This document shows positions 9,668 through 20,382 of a stretch of 64,000 bases of DNA, piece after piece. Position 1 is the stretch's first letter, and the number at the start of each line of letters is the position of its first letter. The notes under the pieces are model-generated. The model saw only the letters and a list, made by a program, of their open reading frames with translations, did not search any database and had not been told where the DNA came from. Where the stretch lies: assembly GCA_045635825.1 (NCBI GenBank), contig JAZTWM010000006.1:12265-76264 (forward strand). The letters are read 5' to 3'. Made by a program: the position numbers and the translations under genes. This stretch comes from Candidatus Enterousia sp. (GTDB lineage Bacteria; Pseudomonadota; Alphaproteobacteria; Rs-D84).

Positions 9668-11737
9668 ATGAGCCACAAAACCAAACATTTTCATTTTCTT
9701 AAATTGCCCATTTTGATGGTTGGGGTGATAAGTGGATTTTCATACATAAATGTTGTATATGCCGCATGCACTTTTTATCCACATACGGCTTCAGGTTTGA
9801 AATCTGATATGTTAAGAGTACGAACGCTGAATGGTACTGTGGGACATTATAGATGTGGTGGTGGTAATTGTGTACAAGGTGATTGGGTTGTAGATGTAAT
9901 AGCGGGAAAGAGTTACATATGCACTAGTGATGGTACAAAATGGGATGGTGGGGCGATACCAAATTGTACTAGCAATCCCAACACAGAGAAATATATTCTA
10001 CAGTCCTCTGCAGACTCAAGAAAAACCTTGTTCTCTGGTAGGGAAAAATCTAGTAGTTCGGAGCATTTTACCACAAAGAGGTCTGATAATTGCTATGCGT
10101 ATGAATGCATAAATGGTACTGTGCCATCTGCTGATCGTACAAAATGTGTTTGTAAAAACGGTGAAAATAAAACATCTGGTCTTTGCATGGGAAAAGTACA
10201 CGCAACCTTTTGTGAACTAAAATGCATAAATGAAAATTGGCAAGTTACCAAGATAAAAACATGTGAACCACACTATACACCTAATACTAGTGCCACAGAA
10301 TGCATAGAAGCACAATCCACAAACCGTACTTCATCTGGCGGCAACACATCATCTACTGGCGTCACCCCAACACCATCTACAACTACCTCACCATATCAAT
10401 ATGACCACTTAATCGGCCAACAATGCCAAAATCCGGTCCGATTACCCGAGCATGCAACCAATGGATTCATCATCGAAAATCGACAGGCACTCCATGGCAT
10501 CGCATGCATGGTAACCGCATGTCAACAGCCAGACTGGATGGTCAACCCACAAGGCCGCGCCAATTGTATCCGTAATACCACCACAACAACACCAACCACA
10601 ACCACCACATCGACAGAAACGAATACCTCAGATGCAACAACACCATCAACCGCAATACCTATTGCAGACACAACAACAGAACAACCTGTGGTTGCAGAGG
10701 AAACGTCTGATGACGCAGCAGAGGCATCAGTGGCAACACCTGTTGTAACCGAACAAACCCCAGAACCATGTGAAGACACAAACCAAGGTATCCAATCAGG
10801 ACATATTGTAAATGGGATTTGTGTGCCGGAATCTTGTGTGACCCCAGGTTGGACATTGATAAATGGTAAATGTGTGCATGCCGATGGTATAGATTGTAAA
10901 GACACAATGTATATGGCAGATACTGCCACATATCAAAATGGCGTATGTACCGTTCACGAATGTTATGCAGGGTTTGAGGTAAAAGAAAACCAATGTGTTG
11001 AAATCTCTGGCCCATGCAAGAGTTTACCCGATAAAGCAACACGTGGTCATCGTAAATATGACAAAGACGCAGATTCTGTAAAATGTAACGTTGATGATTG
11101 CGTTGATGGATATGTTATTGCAGATGATAAAATGTCATGTCGTGAAGACTATGAAGCATTGGCGGAACAGGCACGTGAACGCGAACAATCCACCGGTAAT
11201 AAATGACTGGGTGCGGTTGGTATGGGTGCAACCGGTATTGGTGGTGCAATGTTATTGTCTGGGATGTCTGAAACCAAATCCGATGACGAAGCCGAACGTG
11301 CGATGAAAGCATATCTGTCAACGTTCACATGCAAATACGGAAATGAAAGTGTGCCGGGTGGTACAATGAACGTGGAAATACCGGGTGGTAATGAACTGAT
11401 ACAAATGTATGCAGAATATGTTGCATTGGCAAATGATTTGAAGGTACGTAAAGAAGCCCTGGGAATGGCCCCTGGGATAGAGAGCGAGGCGATATTAGAT
11501 TCTGCGACATCTGGATTATATGATGATGTTTCCACCGGCAAGACCCAGGGTGCATATGCATCATTGGCACGTGCGTTATCAGATCCCAACAGCGAGGATG
11601 CAAAAATATGGGCGGCCCAACGTGAGGAATCAGCTGAGAAGAAAGAAACCGGTGCAATTACCGCCGGTGCCGGCGCCGGTGTCAGCCTGATTGGAAATAT
11701 CACCAGTAATGCCGTAGATAAAAACAAAGATAAATAA
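9668..11737 (+). pseudogene. Large Cys-rich exported protein with C-terminal glycine-zipper region, interrupted by one in-frame TGA at 11204-11206
   Basis: ORFs 9617..11206 and 11222..11737 share a frame and read ...EQSTGNK*LGAVGMGATGIGG; signal-peptide-like N-terminus (start 9668, or 9617), Cys modules, Thr/Pro linkers. Confidence 0.7.
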
Positions 11738-11740
11738 TAA

Positions 11741-11763
11741 CAATCCCCCATTGGGGGATTTTT
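11741..11763. terminator. Intrinsic terminator between convergent genes
   Basis: AATCCCCC-ATT-GGGGGATT plus T run. Confidence 0.7.
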
Positions 11764-11783
11764 AATTGTTGATGGTTATGGGT

Positions 11784-12110
11784 TTATATTTTTAATATTT
11801 TTGTTTTTGGGTCGCCAATATTTAAGTATTTAAGTCCCAATTCTTCGACATAGTCAGGACTGTAATTTTGCAACAGTTGAATGTGGCGGTGTAATTCGTC
11901 CAGATTTTTTTGTTCATCGGCCAATAATTCTTGTTCGTTGTGCAGTCGCCATATGTTTATGCCAAAGCGTTGAATGTTGACATCGCCCCAGAACATGCCA
12001 ATAAACATAAAGCACGCAAATAATGATAATGCCAGTCCTAGTTTGCCACGTGCACCACATGACCATGCACGACCGATAAAACTAAATAATTTTTTGATTT
12101 TTCCTTTCAT
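11784..12110 (-). CDS. ftsB: Septum formation initiator (FtsB/DivIC family)
   Basis: Single TM, coiled coil, DYVEELGLKYLN matching the D.IEE.AR..L pattern. Confidence 0.7.
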   Translation of the reverse strand: MKGKIKKLFSFIGRAWSCGARGKLGLALSLFACFMFIGMFWGDVNIQRFGINIWRLHNEQELLADEQKNLDELHRHIQLLQNYSPDYVEELGLKYLNIGDPKTKILKI

Positions 12111-12129
12111 AGATGGCATTATATCATAA

Positions 12130-13044
12130 ATGTTTAGTGATTATCAACTTTTTGGTGCACCTTTGGCTGGGGTTACTGACCGGCCATTTCGACGAATCGT
12201 TCGTGAGTTTTCACCAAATGCACCGATTGTAACCGAAATGATTTCATGTCATTCTTTGGTGGGGGCACATAAGAATTGTTTGCGGAACTTTGATGATTAT
12301 TCCAATGAAGGGGCTGTTGGGGCCCAAATCTTTGGTGCAGATGTTAATTTGATGGCGGATGCGGCACGTATATTACAGGATGCAGGTGCCAAGTGGATTG
12401 ATATAAATATGGGCTGTCCTGTGCCAAAGGTGGCAACGCGTGCCGGGGCTGGGGCACATTTAATGCGGGATCATAAATTGGCAGAACATATTATGCGTGC
12501 AGTGGTGGGGGCAGTGCAGATTCCTGTATCAATCAAGACACGATTGGGGTGGGATGATGAACATCGTGATTGGTTTGATTTGGCACAAATTGCGGCAGAC
12601 TGTGGCGTGAAGTTTATGGCACTGCATGGTCGTACACGTGCACAGTTATATTTGGGGCAGGCCACACATCCCGATGTGTCAAAGTGTGCAATTCCAGTGA
12701 TTGCAAATGGTGATATTCGTTCAAGTCAAGATTTGGCAGAATTAGAACAATTAGGATATGCAGGGGCGATGATTGGTCGTGCGATGTTGGGGCGACCATG
12801 GATTTTATCACAGATTGCAGGGGCGGATTTGTCAGATGTTGATGTTGGTTCGGTTGCCTTGCGACATCTGGAATATGCGATTGAATACTATGGGGCAAAG
12901 ACCGCGGTGCCAATGTTTCGCAAGCATGCTGCATGGTATAGTGCGGGGATGCCCAATTCGTCTGAATTTCGTATCAAAGTAAATCAAATTGACGATGCAG
13001 ATGCGTTAAAGGTTGCAATTCGTGATTTTTGGGGTATGATTTAG
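12130..13044 (+). CDS. dusB: tRNA-dihydrouridine synthase
   Basis: APLAGVTD.PFR, DINMGCP, HGRTR.Q.Y, ANGDI, MIGR. Confidence 0.94.
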   Translation: MFSDYQLFGAPLAGVTDRPFRRIVREFSPNAPIVTEMISCHSLVGAHKNCLRNFDDYSNEGAVGAQIFGADVNLMADAARILQDAGAKWIDINMGCPVPKVATRAGAGAHLMRDHKLAEHIMRAVVGAVQIPVSIKTRLGWDDEHRDWFDLAQIAADCGVKFMALHGRTRAQLYLGQATHPDVSKCAIPVIANGDIRSSQDLAELEQLGYAGAMIGRAMLGRPWILSQIAGADLSDVDVGSVALRHLEYAIEYYGAKTAVPMFRKHAAWYSAGMPNSSEFRIKVNQIDDADALKVAIRDFWGMI

Positions 13045-13076
13045 GAAAGTTTAATTGTTTTAGAGGACAGTGAAAG

Positions 13077-13934
13077 ATGACAGAAGTTATTGAAAATACA
13101 GATACAGTTGTAGAAACACCTGTGGAATTGACTGCGGGTGAAATGTTGCGTAATGCACGTACCACAGGTCGTCGCAAACGTGAAATAACAACAATTTCAA
13201 AGCAGTTATGTATTCGTGAAGAGTTTTTAGAAGCACTGGAAAATGGTGATTATAAGGTTATCCCAGAACAGGTTTATATTTTGGGTTTTGCACGTAACTA
13301 TGCAATGGAATTGGGGTTAAATCCTGATGAAATTGTGGCCAAGATAAAAAAAGAAATGGGTGTGTCGGATGCGTGTGCAGATGATGACGAGGATGTTAGT
13401 GCATGTGCCATGCCCAGCATCAAGGAAGAAAATTGGTGGAAGGTAACATGGGTTAAGGTTTATCAGTTTATTTATCAACATTGGTTGTGGTTTGTTGGTG
13501 CGATTATTGCAATTGCTGTTGTTATTACTGCGATTGTTTTGTTACAGCCCACAGAAGAACCGGTTGTGGCACAAACTGAAACAGCACTTGTTGCAGCAGA
13601 GGTGTCAACAGAACCGGCGTACAAGTTGTCTGTGCGTGAAAGATTTGGCACAGGTAATCGTGAAAAGGCAAATGTAATTTTGCAGGCGACAGGTGAATCT
13701 TGGGTCAAGGTTGAAGATGGTCGTGGAAATACTACGTTCAGTCGTGTATTGGTGCCAGGTGATGTATACTATGTTCCAGTCGGGAACAAGTACAAGGCGA
13801 CATTTGGAAATGCAGGTGCAATTGATATCTGGGTTAATGGTGAATTAGCACCAGCAGTAGGCCCAGATCATACCAGAAAAGCGGGTGTTTCATTGGCGCC
13901 GGATGTTTTGATGGGACAGAAGAAAGAAAAATAA
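13077..13934 (+). CDS. rodZ: RodZ-like cytoskeletal protein (HTH, TM, DUF4115)
   Basis: [15 protein letters not shown]...P..VY..GF.RNYA..LGL; TM; SWV.V.D..G, GNAGAI. Confidence 0.85.
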   Translation: MTEVIENTDTVVETPVELTAGEMLRNARTTGRRKREITTISKQLCIREEFLEALENGDYKVIPEQVYILGFARNYAMELGLNPDEIVAKIKKEMGVSDACADDDEDVSACAMPSIKEENWWKVTWVKVYQFIYQHWLWFVGAIIAIAVVITAIVLLQPTEEPVVAQTETALVAAEVSTEPAYKLSVRERFGTGNREKANVILQATGESWVKVEDGRGNTTFSRVLVPGDVYYVPVGNKYKATFGNAGAIDIWVNGELAPAVGPDHTRKAGVSLAPDVLMGQKKEK

Positions 13935-14014
13935 TATTGTGAAAGAAGGGGGCAAAGGAAACTTTGCCCCTGTGTATTGAAATTTGAAATATTTGCCTTA
14001 TAATTATTTTTACT

Positions 14015-16885
14015 ATGGCAAATGTAATTAAAATTCGCGGTGCACGTGAAAATAATCTTAAGAATATTGATTTAGACATACCAAAAAATAAGTTGGTGGT
14101 CTTTACTGGTGTTTCTGGTTCGGGGAAGTCTTCTCTGGCATTTAATACGATTTATGCCGAAGGCCAGCGCAGGTATGTTGAGTCTTTGTCCAGTTATGCA
14201 CGTCAATTTTTAGATATGCAAAAAAAGCCCGATGTCGATTTGATAGAAGGGTTGGCACCGGCGATTTCAATTGAACAAAAGACAACGTCTAAAAATCCAC
14301 GTTCAACTGTTGGAACGGTGACAGAGGTCTATGATTATTTACGACTGTTATGGGCACGTATTGGTGTGCCGCATTCCCCAGTTACCGGTAAGCCGATTAA
14401 GTCACAGTCAATTGCGGAAATGGTTGATTGGACAATGAAGATTCCACCGCAAACTAAAATATTTATTATGGCCCCACTGGTGCGTGAAAGAAAAGGTGAA
14501 TATCGCAAGGAATTGGCGTTCTTGGTCAAACAGGGTTATACACGTGCGATTATTGATAATGAATTGGTTGATTTGTCGGCGGTGCCGTCTTTGGATAAAA
14601 ATAAAAAGCATACAATTTTCGTTATTGTGGACCGCTTGCAAATGCCAGCAGATGGTACAGATAATGAAGAGTTTCGTTCACGAATGTATTCGTCTTTTGA
14701 AGGGGCGTTGCGTTTGGTGCCGGGTTCGGTATTGGTTCGCAGACTGGATACAAATGAAGATACGTTGTATTCGCAGAACTACGCTTGTCCAGTAAGCGGT
14801 TTTACGGTACCAAAAATAGAACCCAGGTTGTTTTCATTTAATGCACCAATGGGGGCATGTCAAAACTGTGATGGGTTAGGTGTTCAATTAAATATGTCGC
14901 CAGATCTGGTTGTTCCGGATCCATCTAAGTCAATTTTAGGTGGTGCGATTGCACCATGGTCACGTGGTGGTATGCTTAGTCAATTTGAGCATCTGCTGGA
15001 TGCGTTGCATAAGAAGTTTAAGATTCCTTTGTCTAAGCCATGGCATACCCTGAGTCAGGAACAAAAAGATTTGATTTTGTATGGCAGTGGTGACGAGACA
15101 ATAAAAATAAACTGGAATGGCTTTGTTTATGAAAAGCCATATGAAGGCGTTATTCCAAATATTGAACGTCGTTGGCGTGAATCAGAATCAGAGGCGATGC
15201 GTACAGAACTGGCTAAATATCAGGCGGAAAAACCATGTCCGGTTTGTCATGGCAAGCGTCTAAATATACAAGCATTGTGTGTGCGTATTAATGGTGCAGA
15301 CATTATGGATGTTTGTGATATGGCGGTTGATGATTCTTTGGAATGGTTTCGTGACTTGCCAAATCATTTATCACAAAAAGATAATGATATTGCAAAAATT
15401 GTATTGCGTGAAATTACCGATAGATTGTATTTCTTGCAAAATGTTGGATTGGGGTATTTGACTTTGTCACGTATGGCGGGGACTTTGTCTGGTGGTGAAG
15501 CACAACGTATTCGTTTGGCATCCCAGATTGGCAGTGGGCTGTCTGGTGTGTTATATGTGTTAGACGAACCGTCAATTGGATTGCATCAGGCAGACAATGA
15601 CAAGTTGTTAGACACGCTGAAAATGTTGCGTGATAAAGACAATACGGTTATTGTTGTTGAACATGACGAAGATGCGATGCGTATGGCGGACTATCTGTTT
15701 GATATTGGGCGTGGTGCAGGTATAAATGGTGGTAATGTGATTGCCCATGGTACGCCAGAACAGGTTATAAAAAATAAAGAATCAATTACAGGGCAATATT
15801 TATCTGGTGTGCGTAAGATTGCGGTGCCAAATAAACGTCGTGCGGGTAATGGGCATGTTATTCGTGTCGCAGGGGCACGTGAAAACAATCTGAAAAATGT
15901 AACGGTTGATTTTCCGTTGGGAAAGTTTATTGCTTTGACTGGTGTGTCGGGGTCTGGTAAGTCAACATTGTTGCTGAATACATTGTATCCTGCGTTGATG
16001 CGTGCGTTATATAATTCTAAAATGGAAACTGGGGCGCATGATATTATAACTGGTATGGAAAATGTAGATAAAGTGGTTGATATTGATCAATCGCCAATTG
16101 GTCGCAGCCCACGCAGTAATCCGGCAACATATACAGGCGTGTTTGGTGATATTCGTGACTTCTTTGCAGGTTTGCCCGAGGCCAAGGCGCGTGGATATGG
16201 GCCAGGTAGATTTTCGTTCAATGTTAAAGGTGGACGGTGTGAAGCCTGTCAGGGTGATGGACAAATTAAGATTGAAATGAACTTTTTGGCGGATGTTTAT
16301 GTTGAATGTGATTGTTGTCGTGGGTCACGTTATAACGAAGAAACATTGGCGGTCAAATATAAAGGTAAATCAATTGCGGATGTACTGAATATGACGGTCG
16401 AAGAGGCGTATCGTTTCTTTGTTAATGTGCCAAAGATTTCACGCAAGTTAGAATTGTTAAAACGTGTTGGGTTGGATTACATTAAATTGGGACAAAGTTC
16501 ATTGGATTTATCTGGTGGCGAGGCCCAGCGTATCAAGTTGTCCAAGGAATTAGCATCACGTAGCACAGGACAGACAATTTATATCTTGGATGAACCAACA
16601 ACAGGGTTGCATTTTGAAGATATTAAAATGTTGTTGTCTGTTTTGCATGAATTGGTAGAGCAGGGTAATACCGTAATTGTTATTGAGCATAATTTAGAGG
16701 TTATTAAAACTGCAGATTGGATTATTGACTTGGGACCAAATGGTGGTGCGGGTGGTGGTCAAGTGATCGCTGTTGGGACACCCGAAGATATCGCAAATGT
16801 TCCAGAATCTAAGACGGGAAAATATTTGCACAAGTATCTGGACAAATCAGTAAAAAATAATAAAATAAAGGGCAAAAAGGAGTAG
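14015..16885 (+). CDS. uvrA: Excinuclease ABC subunit A
   Basis: Two ABC cassettes ([20 protein letters not shown]) and zinc fingers. Confidence 0.98.
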   Translation: MANVIKIRGARENNLKNIDLDIPKNKLVVFTGVSGSGKSSLAFNTIYAEGQRRYVESLSSYARQFLDMQKKPDVDLIEGLAPAISIEQKTTSKNPRSTVGTVTEVYDYLRLLWARIGVPHSPVTGKPIKSQSIAEMVDWTMKIPPQTKIFIMAPLVRERKGEYRKELAFLVKQGYTRAIIDNELVDLSAVPSLDKNKKHTIFVIVDRLQMPADGTDNEEFRSRMYSSFEGALRLVPGSVLVRRLDTNEDTLYSQNYACPVSGFTVPKIEPRLFSFNAPMGACQNCDGLGVQLNMSPDLVVPDPSKSILGGAIAPWSRGGMLSQFEHLLDALHKKFKIPLSKPWHTLSQEQKDLILYGSGDETIKINWNGFVYEKPYEGVIPNIERRWRESESEAMRTELAKYQAEKPCPVCHGKRLNIQALCVRINGADIMDVCDMAVDDSLEWFRDLPNHLSQKDNDIAKIVLREITDRLYFLQNVGLGYLTLSRMAGTLSGGEAQRIRLASQIGSGLSGVLYVLDEPSIGLHQADNDKLLDTLKMLRDKDNTVIVVEHDEDAMRMADYLFDIGRGAGINGGNVIAHGTPEQVIKNKESITGQYLSGVRKIAVPNKRRAGNGHVIRVAGARENNLKNVTVDFPLGKFIALTGVSGSGKSTLLLNTLYPALMRALYNSKMETGAHDIITGMENVDKVVDIDQSPIGRSPRSNPATYTGVFGDIRDFFAGLPEAKARGYGPGRFSFNVKGGRCEACQGDGQIKIEMNFLADVYVECDCCRGSRYNEETLAVKYKGKSIADVLNMTVEEAYRFFVNVPKISRKLELLKRVGLDYIKLGQSSLDLSGGEAQRIKLSKELASRSTGQTIYILDEPTTGLHFEDIKMLLSVLHELVEQGNTVIVIEHNLEVIKTADWIIDLGPNGGAGGGQVIAVGTPEDIANVPESKTGKYLHKYLDKSVKNNKIKGKKE

Positions 16886-16887
16886 AA

Positions 16888-17424
16888 ATGTTTGGCTTTG
16901 GTAAAAAGAAAGAAAAGAAAGTAACAGAAAATCAGGTGACCGATGCAGATATCAAGGCGGTTGAAAAAGAATTAGGTGCAGATAAAATGCCCAGCGGTAT
17001 GAAAGAAACCGCCCAGCGTATGATGTCTGGTCAGTTCAATATGAATGATATGTTGGCACAGTTAAAGCAGATTAAGAAGATGAGCAATTTTAGTGGTCTG
17101 TTGAAGATGGTGCCAGGGATGTCTGGTGCGGTGTCTGCAATGAAAGAAAAAATTAAAGATGGCAGTGTAGATGCTCAGATCAAGATTTTAGAGGCAATGA
17201 CACCAGCAGAACGTGCAGAACCTGAAAAGGTGTTCGCAAATGCCAAGGCGCGTATTGCAGAAACAGCAGGGTGTACTGTACGTGATGTCGAACATTTGAT
17301 TAAGCAATATACCAAGATGAAGCAGCAAATGGCGATGATCCAGCGTATGGGCGGAATGGAGGCTGTCATGCAAAGAATGCAGCAGCAGGGTGGTATGCCA
17401 GGTATGAAACCACAAGGAAATTAA
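16888..17424 (+). CDS. Stand-alone SRP54/Ffh M-domain-like protein (no NG GTPase domain)
   Basis: GQFNMNDMLAQLKQIKKM..FSGLLKMVPGM, AMTPAER..P, RIA, V.DV..LIKQY..M and a Met/Gly/Gln-rich tail; SD AAGGAG; intact 178-aa ORF. Confidence 0.8.
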   Translation: MFGFGKKKEKKVTENQVTDADIKAVEKELGADKMPSGMKETAQRMMSGQFNMNDMLAQLKQIKKMSNFSGLLKMVPGMSGAVSAMKEKIKDGSVDAQIKILEAMTPAERAEPEKVFANAKARIAETAGCTVRDVEHLIKQYTKMKQQMAMIQRMGGMEAVMQRMQQQGGMPGMKPQGN

Positions 17425-17425
17425 A

Positions 17426-17701
17426 ATGGATATTAAAAAAGTAGTTACAAACTTTAAAAACTTGTTTGATTGGACGCCGGTTGCAGTAACAGAACCGGTG
17501 CCAGATTTCTATGAATATGGCGATATTGGTAAACAGTTTATTGGTTACAATGTTGTTGTGACGTACAAGCATCATGGTGTAAAGACATATTCATTTTCAT
17601 GCGATACAGACAAATTAGGTTTCGCAGATAGAGAATGGGCCAAGCGTCGTGCAGATAAATTTTATGCCAAGATGCAGAAACAGGTGGTAAAGGGGCGTTA
17701 A
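17426..17701 (+). CDS. Hypothetical protein, paralog A (LFDWTxVxxTEPV family)
   Basis: Abuts both neighbours; motif shared with the next gene. Confidence 0.75.
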   Translation: MDIKKVVTNFKNLFDWTPVAVTEPVPDFYEYGDIGKQFIGYNVVVTYKHHGVKTYSFSCDTDKLGFADREWAKRRADKFYAKMQKQVVKGR

Positions 17702-17702
17702 A

Positions 17703-17993
17703 ATGCATTTGAATTGGAGGCATTTGTTTGATTGGACGGTTGTGTCCGCAACAGAGCCTGTTGCAGTTAAGAACAAACATGGTGCGATTGAAGGGTATGA
17801 GTTTGAGGTTCAGTATGTATACCATGGCAAACGCAAGTTCTATTTTGATATGGATGCGGATATGTGGTATGCGCAATATGGTTCGCCATTGGCAGCTGCC
17901 AGAAGTTTTTATGCAAAATACGATGCAGAAGCCAAGGAATGGCAACGCAAGGCTGCTGAAATATGCGGTGTAAAAAAAGTGAAAAGTCGTTAA
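17703..17993 (+). CDS. Hypothetical protein, paralog B (LFDWTxVxxTEPV family)
   Basis: LFDWT.V..TEPV, GY...V.Y..HG, A..FYAK shared with the previous gene. Confidence 0.75.
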   Translation: MHLNWRHLFDWTVVSATEPVAVKNKHGAIEGYEFEVQYVYHGKRKFYFDMDADMWYAQYGSPLAAARSFYAKYDAEAKEWQRKAAEICGVKKVKSR

Positions 17994-17996
17994 ATA

Positions 17997-18656
17997 ATGA
18001 AAATAACAAACAAAAAAATTGCTGCAAAGAAATCTTCGGTCGCATGGTTGCAAAGACAGGCCGCAGATCCATATGTTGCACGTGCCCAAAAAGAAGGCTA
18101 TCGTGCACGTGCGGCATATAAACTGATTGAAATGAACGAAAAGTTCAAGTTCTTGCGTAATGGTCAGGTTGTTGTTGATTTAGGGGCGGCACCGGGGTCT
18201 TGGTCACAATATATTGCACGAACATTTCCAAAGTCTAAGATTTTTGCAATGGATTTGTTGGAGATTTCTCCAATTGTTGGGGTCGAAACATATCAAGGTG
18301 ATTTTACCAGCGATGAAGCGTTGCGTTGGTTGGAAGAAAAACTGAATCTGCCAGCAGACGAGTGTGGTGCAGGTACGGCAGATGTTGTTGTGTCTGATAT
18401 GGCACCAAATACAGTTGGGCACAAGAAAACCGATCATATTCGCCAGATGGTGTTGCTGGAATATGCGTTTGATTTTGCATTGCGTGCATTGAAACCTGGT
18501 GGAACATTTGTTTGTAAATCCTTTACAGGTGGAACAACGCAGGATTTGTTAAAGCAAATCAAGGAACGTTTTGAATATGTGCATCATATAAAACCACCAT
18601 CATCACGTAAAGACAGTGTGGAAATGTTTATTGTTGCATTGGGCTTTCGTGGATAG
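17997..18656 (+). CDS. rlmE: 23S rRNA U2552 2'-O-methyltransferase
   Basis: DPYV..A.K.GYR.RAAYKL, DLGAAPGSW, SDMAPN, KPPSSR..S.E. Confidence 0.96.
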   Translation: MKITNKKIAAKKSSVAWLQRQAADPYVARAQKEGYRARAAYKLIEMNEKFKFLRNGQVVVDLGAAPGSWSQYIARTFPKSKIFAMDLLEISPIVGVETYQGDFTSDEALRWLEEKLNLPADECGAGTADVVVSDMAPNTVGHKKTDHIRQMVLLEYAFDFALRALKPGGTFVCKSFTGGTTQDLLKQIKERFEYVHHIKPPSSRKDSVEMFIVALGFRG

Positions 18657-18698
18657 TCAATAAAATAAAAAACACCCAAAACAGGGTGTTTTTATTTG

Positions 18699-18775
18699 TG
18701 GTGGATGTGATTGGACTCGAACCAACGACCTCTTCGATGTGAACGAAGCGCTCTAACCAACTGAGCTACACATCC
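18699..18775 (-). tRNA. tRNA-Val(CAC)
   Basis: Cloverleaf; anticodon arm CTTCG-TTCACAT-CGAAG; GTTCGA; encoded CCA. Confidence 0.95.
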
Positions 18776-18861
18776 ATGGACGTTGTATTATAAACATAAG
18801 AAAGGCCGTTTGTCATGTAATTTATTTGTTTTTTTGATGATTGTGTTGTAAAATGAAAGAC

Positions 18862-19926
18862 ATGATAAAGCGGCGTTTTATATATGTTATTTCTATTGTA
18901 TTGTTGTGTGGTGGGGCATTTGCCGCTGAATCATTGCTGAGGCCTGCAAGTTTTCCAGTTGTGTCAAAAGATTTCTCGTTTGAGCAACGTGTGGAAAATA
19001 TGGCAGAAGGTTATAAACCTTATGCGGGGATGAGTGCATATCAAATAATGGAATTTGAATCTATGGAAGATTATGCCCAGCGTGCGATAGAGGCAGAGTT
19101 AAGGGCAGCGGGTATTGAAGTTTGCGATGGGTGTGATGAAAACGGCAATCCGCCTGTCCAAGATGGTAGTACAGCGGTTGCGTTGCCACAGGTACCGGTA
19201 CAAACAACTGTGCAAACAAATATGCAGACACCGGTTCAAATAACTGCACAAACAAATGTGCCAAAAACAGAAACGTCAAAGCAGCCGTCTGTATCCGTCG
19301 GTGGGGTGCAGGGGTATTGTAGCCGTAAAAATCCTAATATTCCAGTTGGGCAAACGATACCGTTTGGGCTGCCTGTTAATACGGCGGATTTATCACCAAA
19401 TATATCTAGTCGTGCAAAAAGTATTGCGAGAAATACAGATAGGGGATTGTTTTGTTCGCCATATGGTTGTGGGCGTGGACGACCACATGAAGGTATTGAT
19501 ATTGGTTGTGATGCGGCCTTTTATCAAATGCCGATTTATGCAACTGCGGATGGGGTTGTTGATCATATTGTTTATGCTGGAAAAAATGCGTCTGCGGGTA
19601 ATTATATTAGAATAAATCATGGTAATGGGTGGATTTCGCAGTATATGCATTTGGATAAAATGTTTGTGTCCAAAGGGCAACGTGTAGAGGCAGGGTGTTT
19701 GATTGGTTTGATGGGACATACCGGCGGTAATCGGGATCAAAAAGTTCGTGGAATGAGTATTGATTTAACACATTTGCATTATGAAATAGTGTATTCGGGC
19801 AAGGCGTCTTATGTTCAGGCACCTAATGGTAAAAAAATACCGATTGTGCGTGGGGATAAAAAATTAGGCTATTGTGGCAGTTTTAAGAGCAAAATTTTGC
19901 CTAATGAGATTATGGTGTATAAATAA
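18862..19926 (+). CDS. Exported M23-family peptidase with an unnamed N-terminal module
   Basis: Signal peptide; HEGID, A.ADG.V, GNYI.I.H, YMHL, HLHYE zinc motifs. Confidence 0.9.
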   Translation: MIKRRFIYVISIVLLCGGAFAAESLLRPASFPVVSKDFSFEQRVENMAEGYKPYAGMSAYQIMEFESMEDYAQRAIEAELRAAGIEVCDGCDENGNPPVQDGSTAVALPQVPVQTTVQTNMQTPVQITAQTNVPKTETSKQPSVSVGGVQGYCSRKNPNIPVGQTIPFGLPVNTADLSPNISSRAKSIARNTDRGLFCSPYGCGRGRPHEGIDIGCDAAFYQMPIYATADGVVDHIVYAGKNASAGNYIRINHGNGWISQYMHLDKMFVSKGQRVEAGCLIGLMGHTGGNRDQKVRGMSIDLTHLHYEIVYSGKASYVQAPNGKKIPIVRGDKKLGYCGSFKSKILPNEIMVYK

Positions 19927-19942
19927 AAGATTGAGATTTGTG

Positions 19943-20029
19943 TGGTGGGGATAGTGGGACTCGAACCCACACGGTCGCAATGACCAAAGGATTTTAAGTC
20001 CTCAGCGTCTACCATTCCGCCATATCCCC
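19943..20029 (-). tRNA. tRNA-Leu(TAA)
   Basis: Anticodon arm GAGGA-CTTAAAA-TCCTT; long variable arm; CCA. Confidence 0.95.
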
Positions 20030-20073
20030 GAAGACTTTTGCAACAATGCCACAACATGTGGCATTTGATTTTA

Positions 20074-20149
20074 TGGTGGAGCTGATGGGACTCAAACCCA
20101 CGACCTCTACGATGCGAACGTAGCGCTCTATCAACTGAGCTACAACCCC
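20074..20149 (-). tRNA. tRNA-Ala(CGC)
   Basis: Anticodon arm CTACG-TTCGCAT-CGTAG; G3:U70 identity pair; CCA. Confidence 0.93.
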
Positions 20150-20156
20150 AATTAAA

Positions 20157-20243
20157 TGGTGCGGATAAGAAGACTCGAACTTCCAAGGTATTGCTACCAC
20201 TAGTACCTGAAACTAGCGCGTCTACCAATTCCGCCATATCCGC
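20157..20243 (-). tRNA. tRNA-Leu(CAG)
   Basis: Anticodon arm CTAGT-TTCAGGT-ACTAG; long variable arm; CCA. Confidence 0.95.
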
Positions 20244-20382
20244 AGGCGAGAAGTATATTATATCAAAATAGATGCTATTGCAACAAGAAAAATGTCTTTT
20301 TGTGATAAAATATTTTCATCAGGATGCCTATATATTATTTACTTGCACAGAAAATTGTAATTTTGCTAAGATTTTAGCAGAG

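Noticed and set aside
11204-11206. Genome-wide TGA recoding or selenocysteine
   Set aside because: TGA ends several intact genes, Trp is encoded by TGG, and the context is a hydrophobic helix rather than a redox site.
19869-20237. 122-aa and 63-aa minus-strand ORFs
   Set aside because: They overlap three clear tRNA genes.
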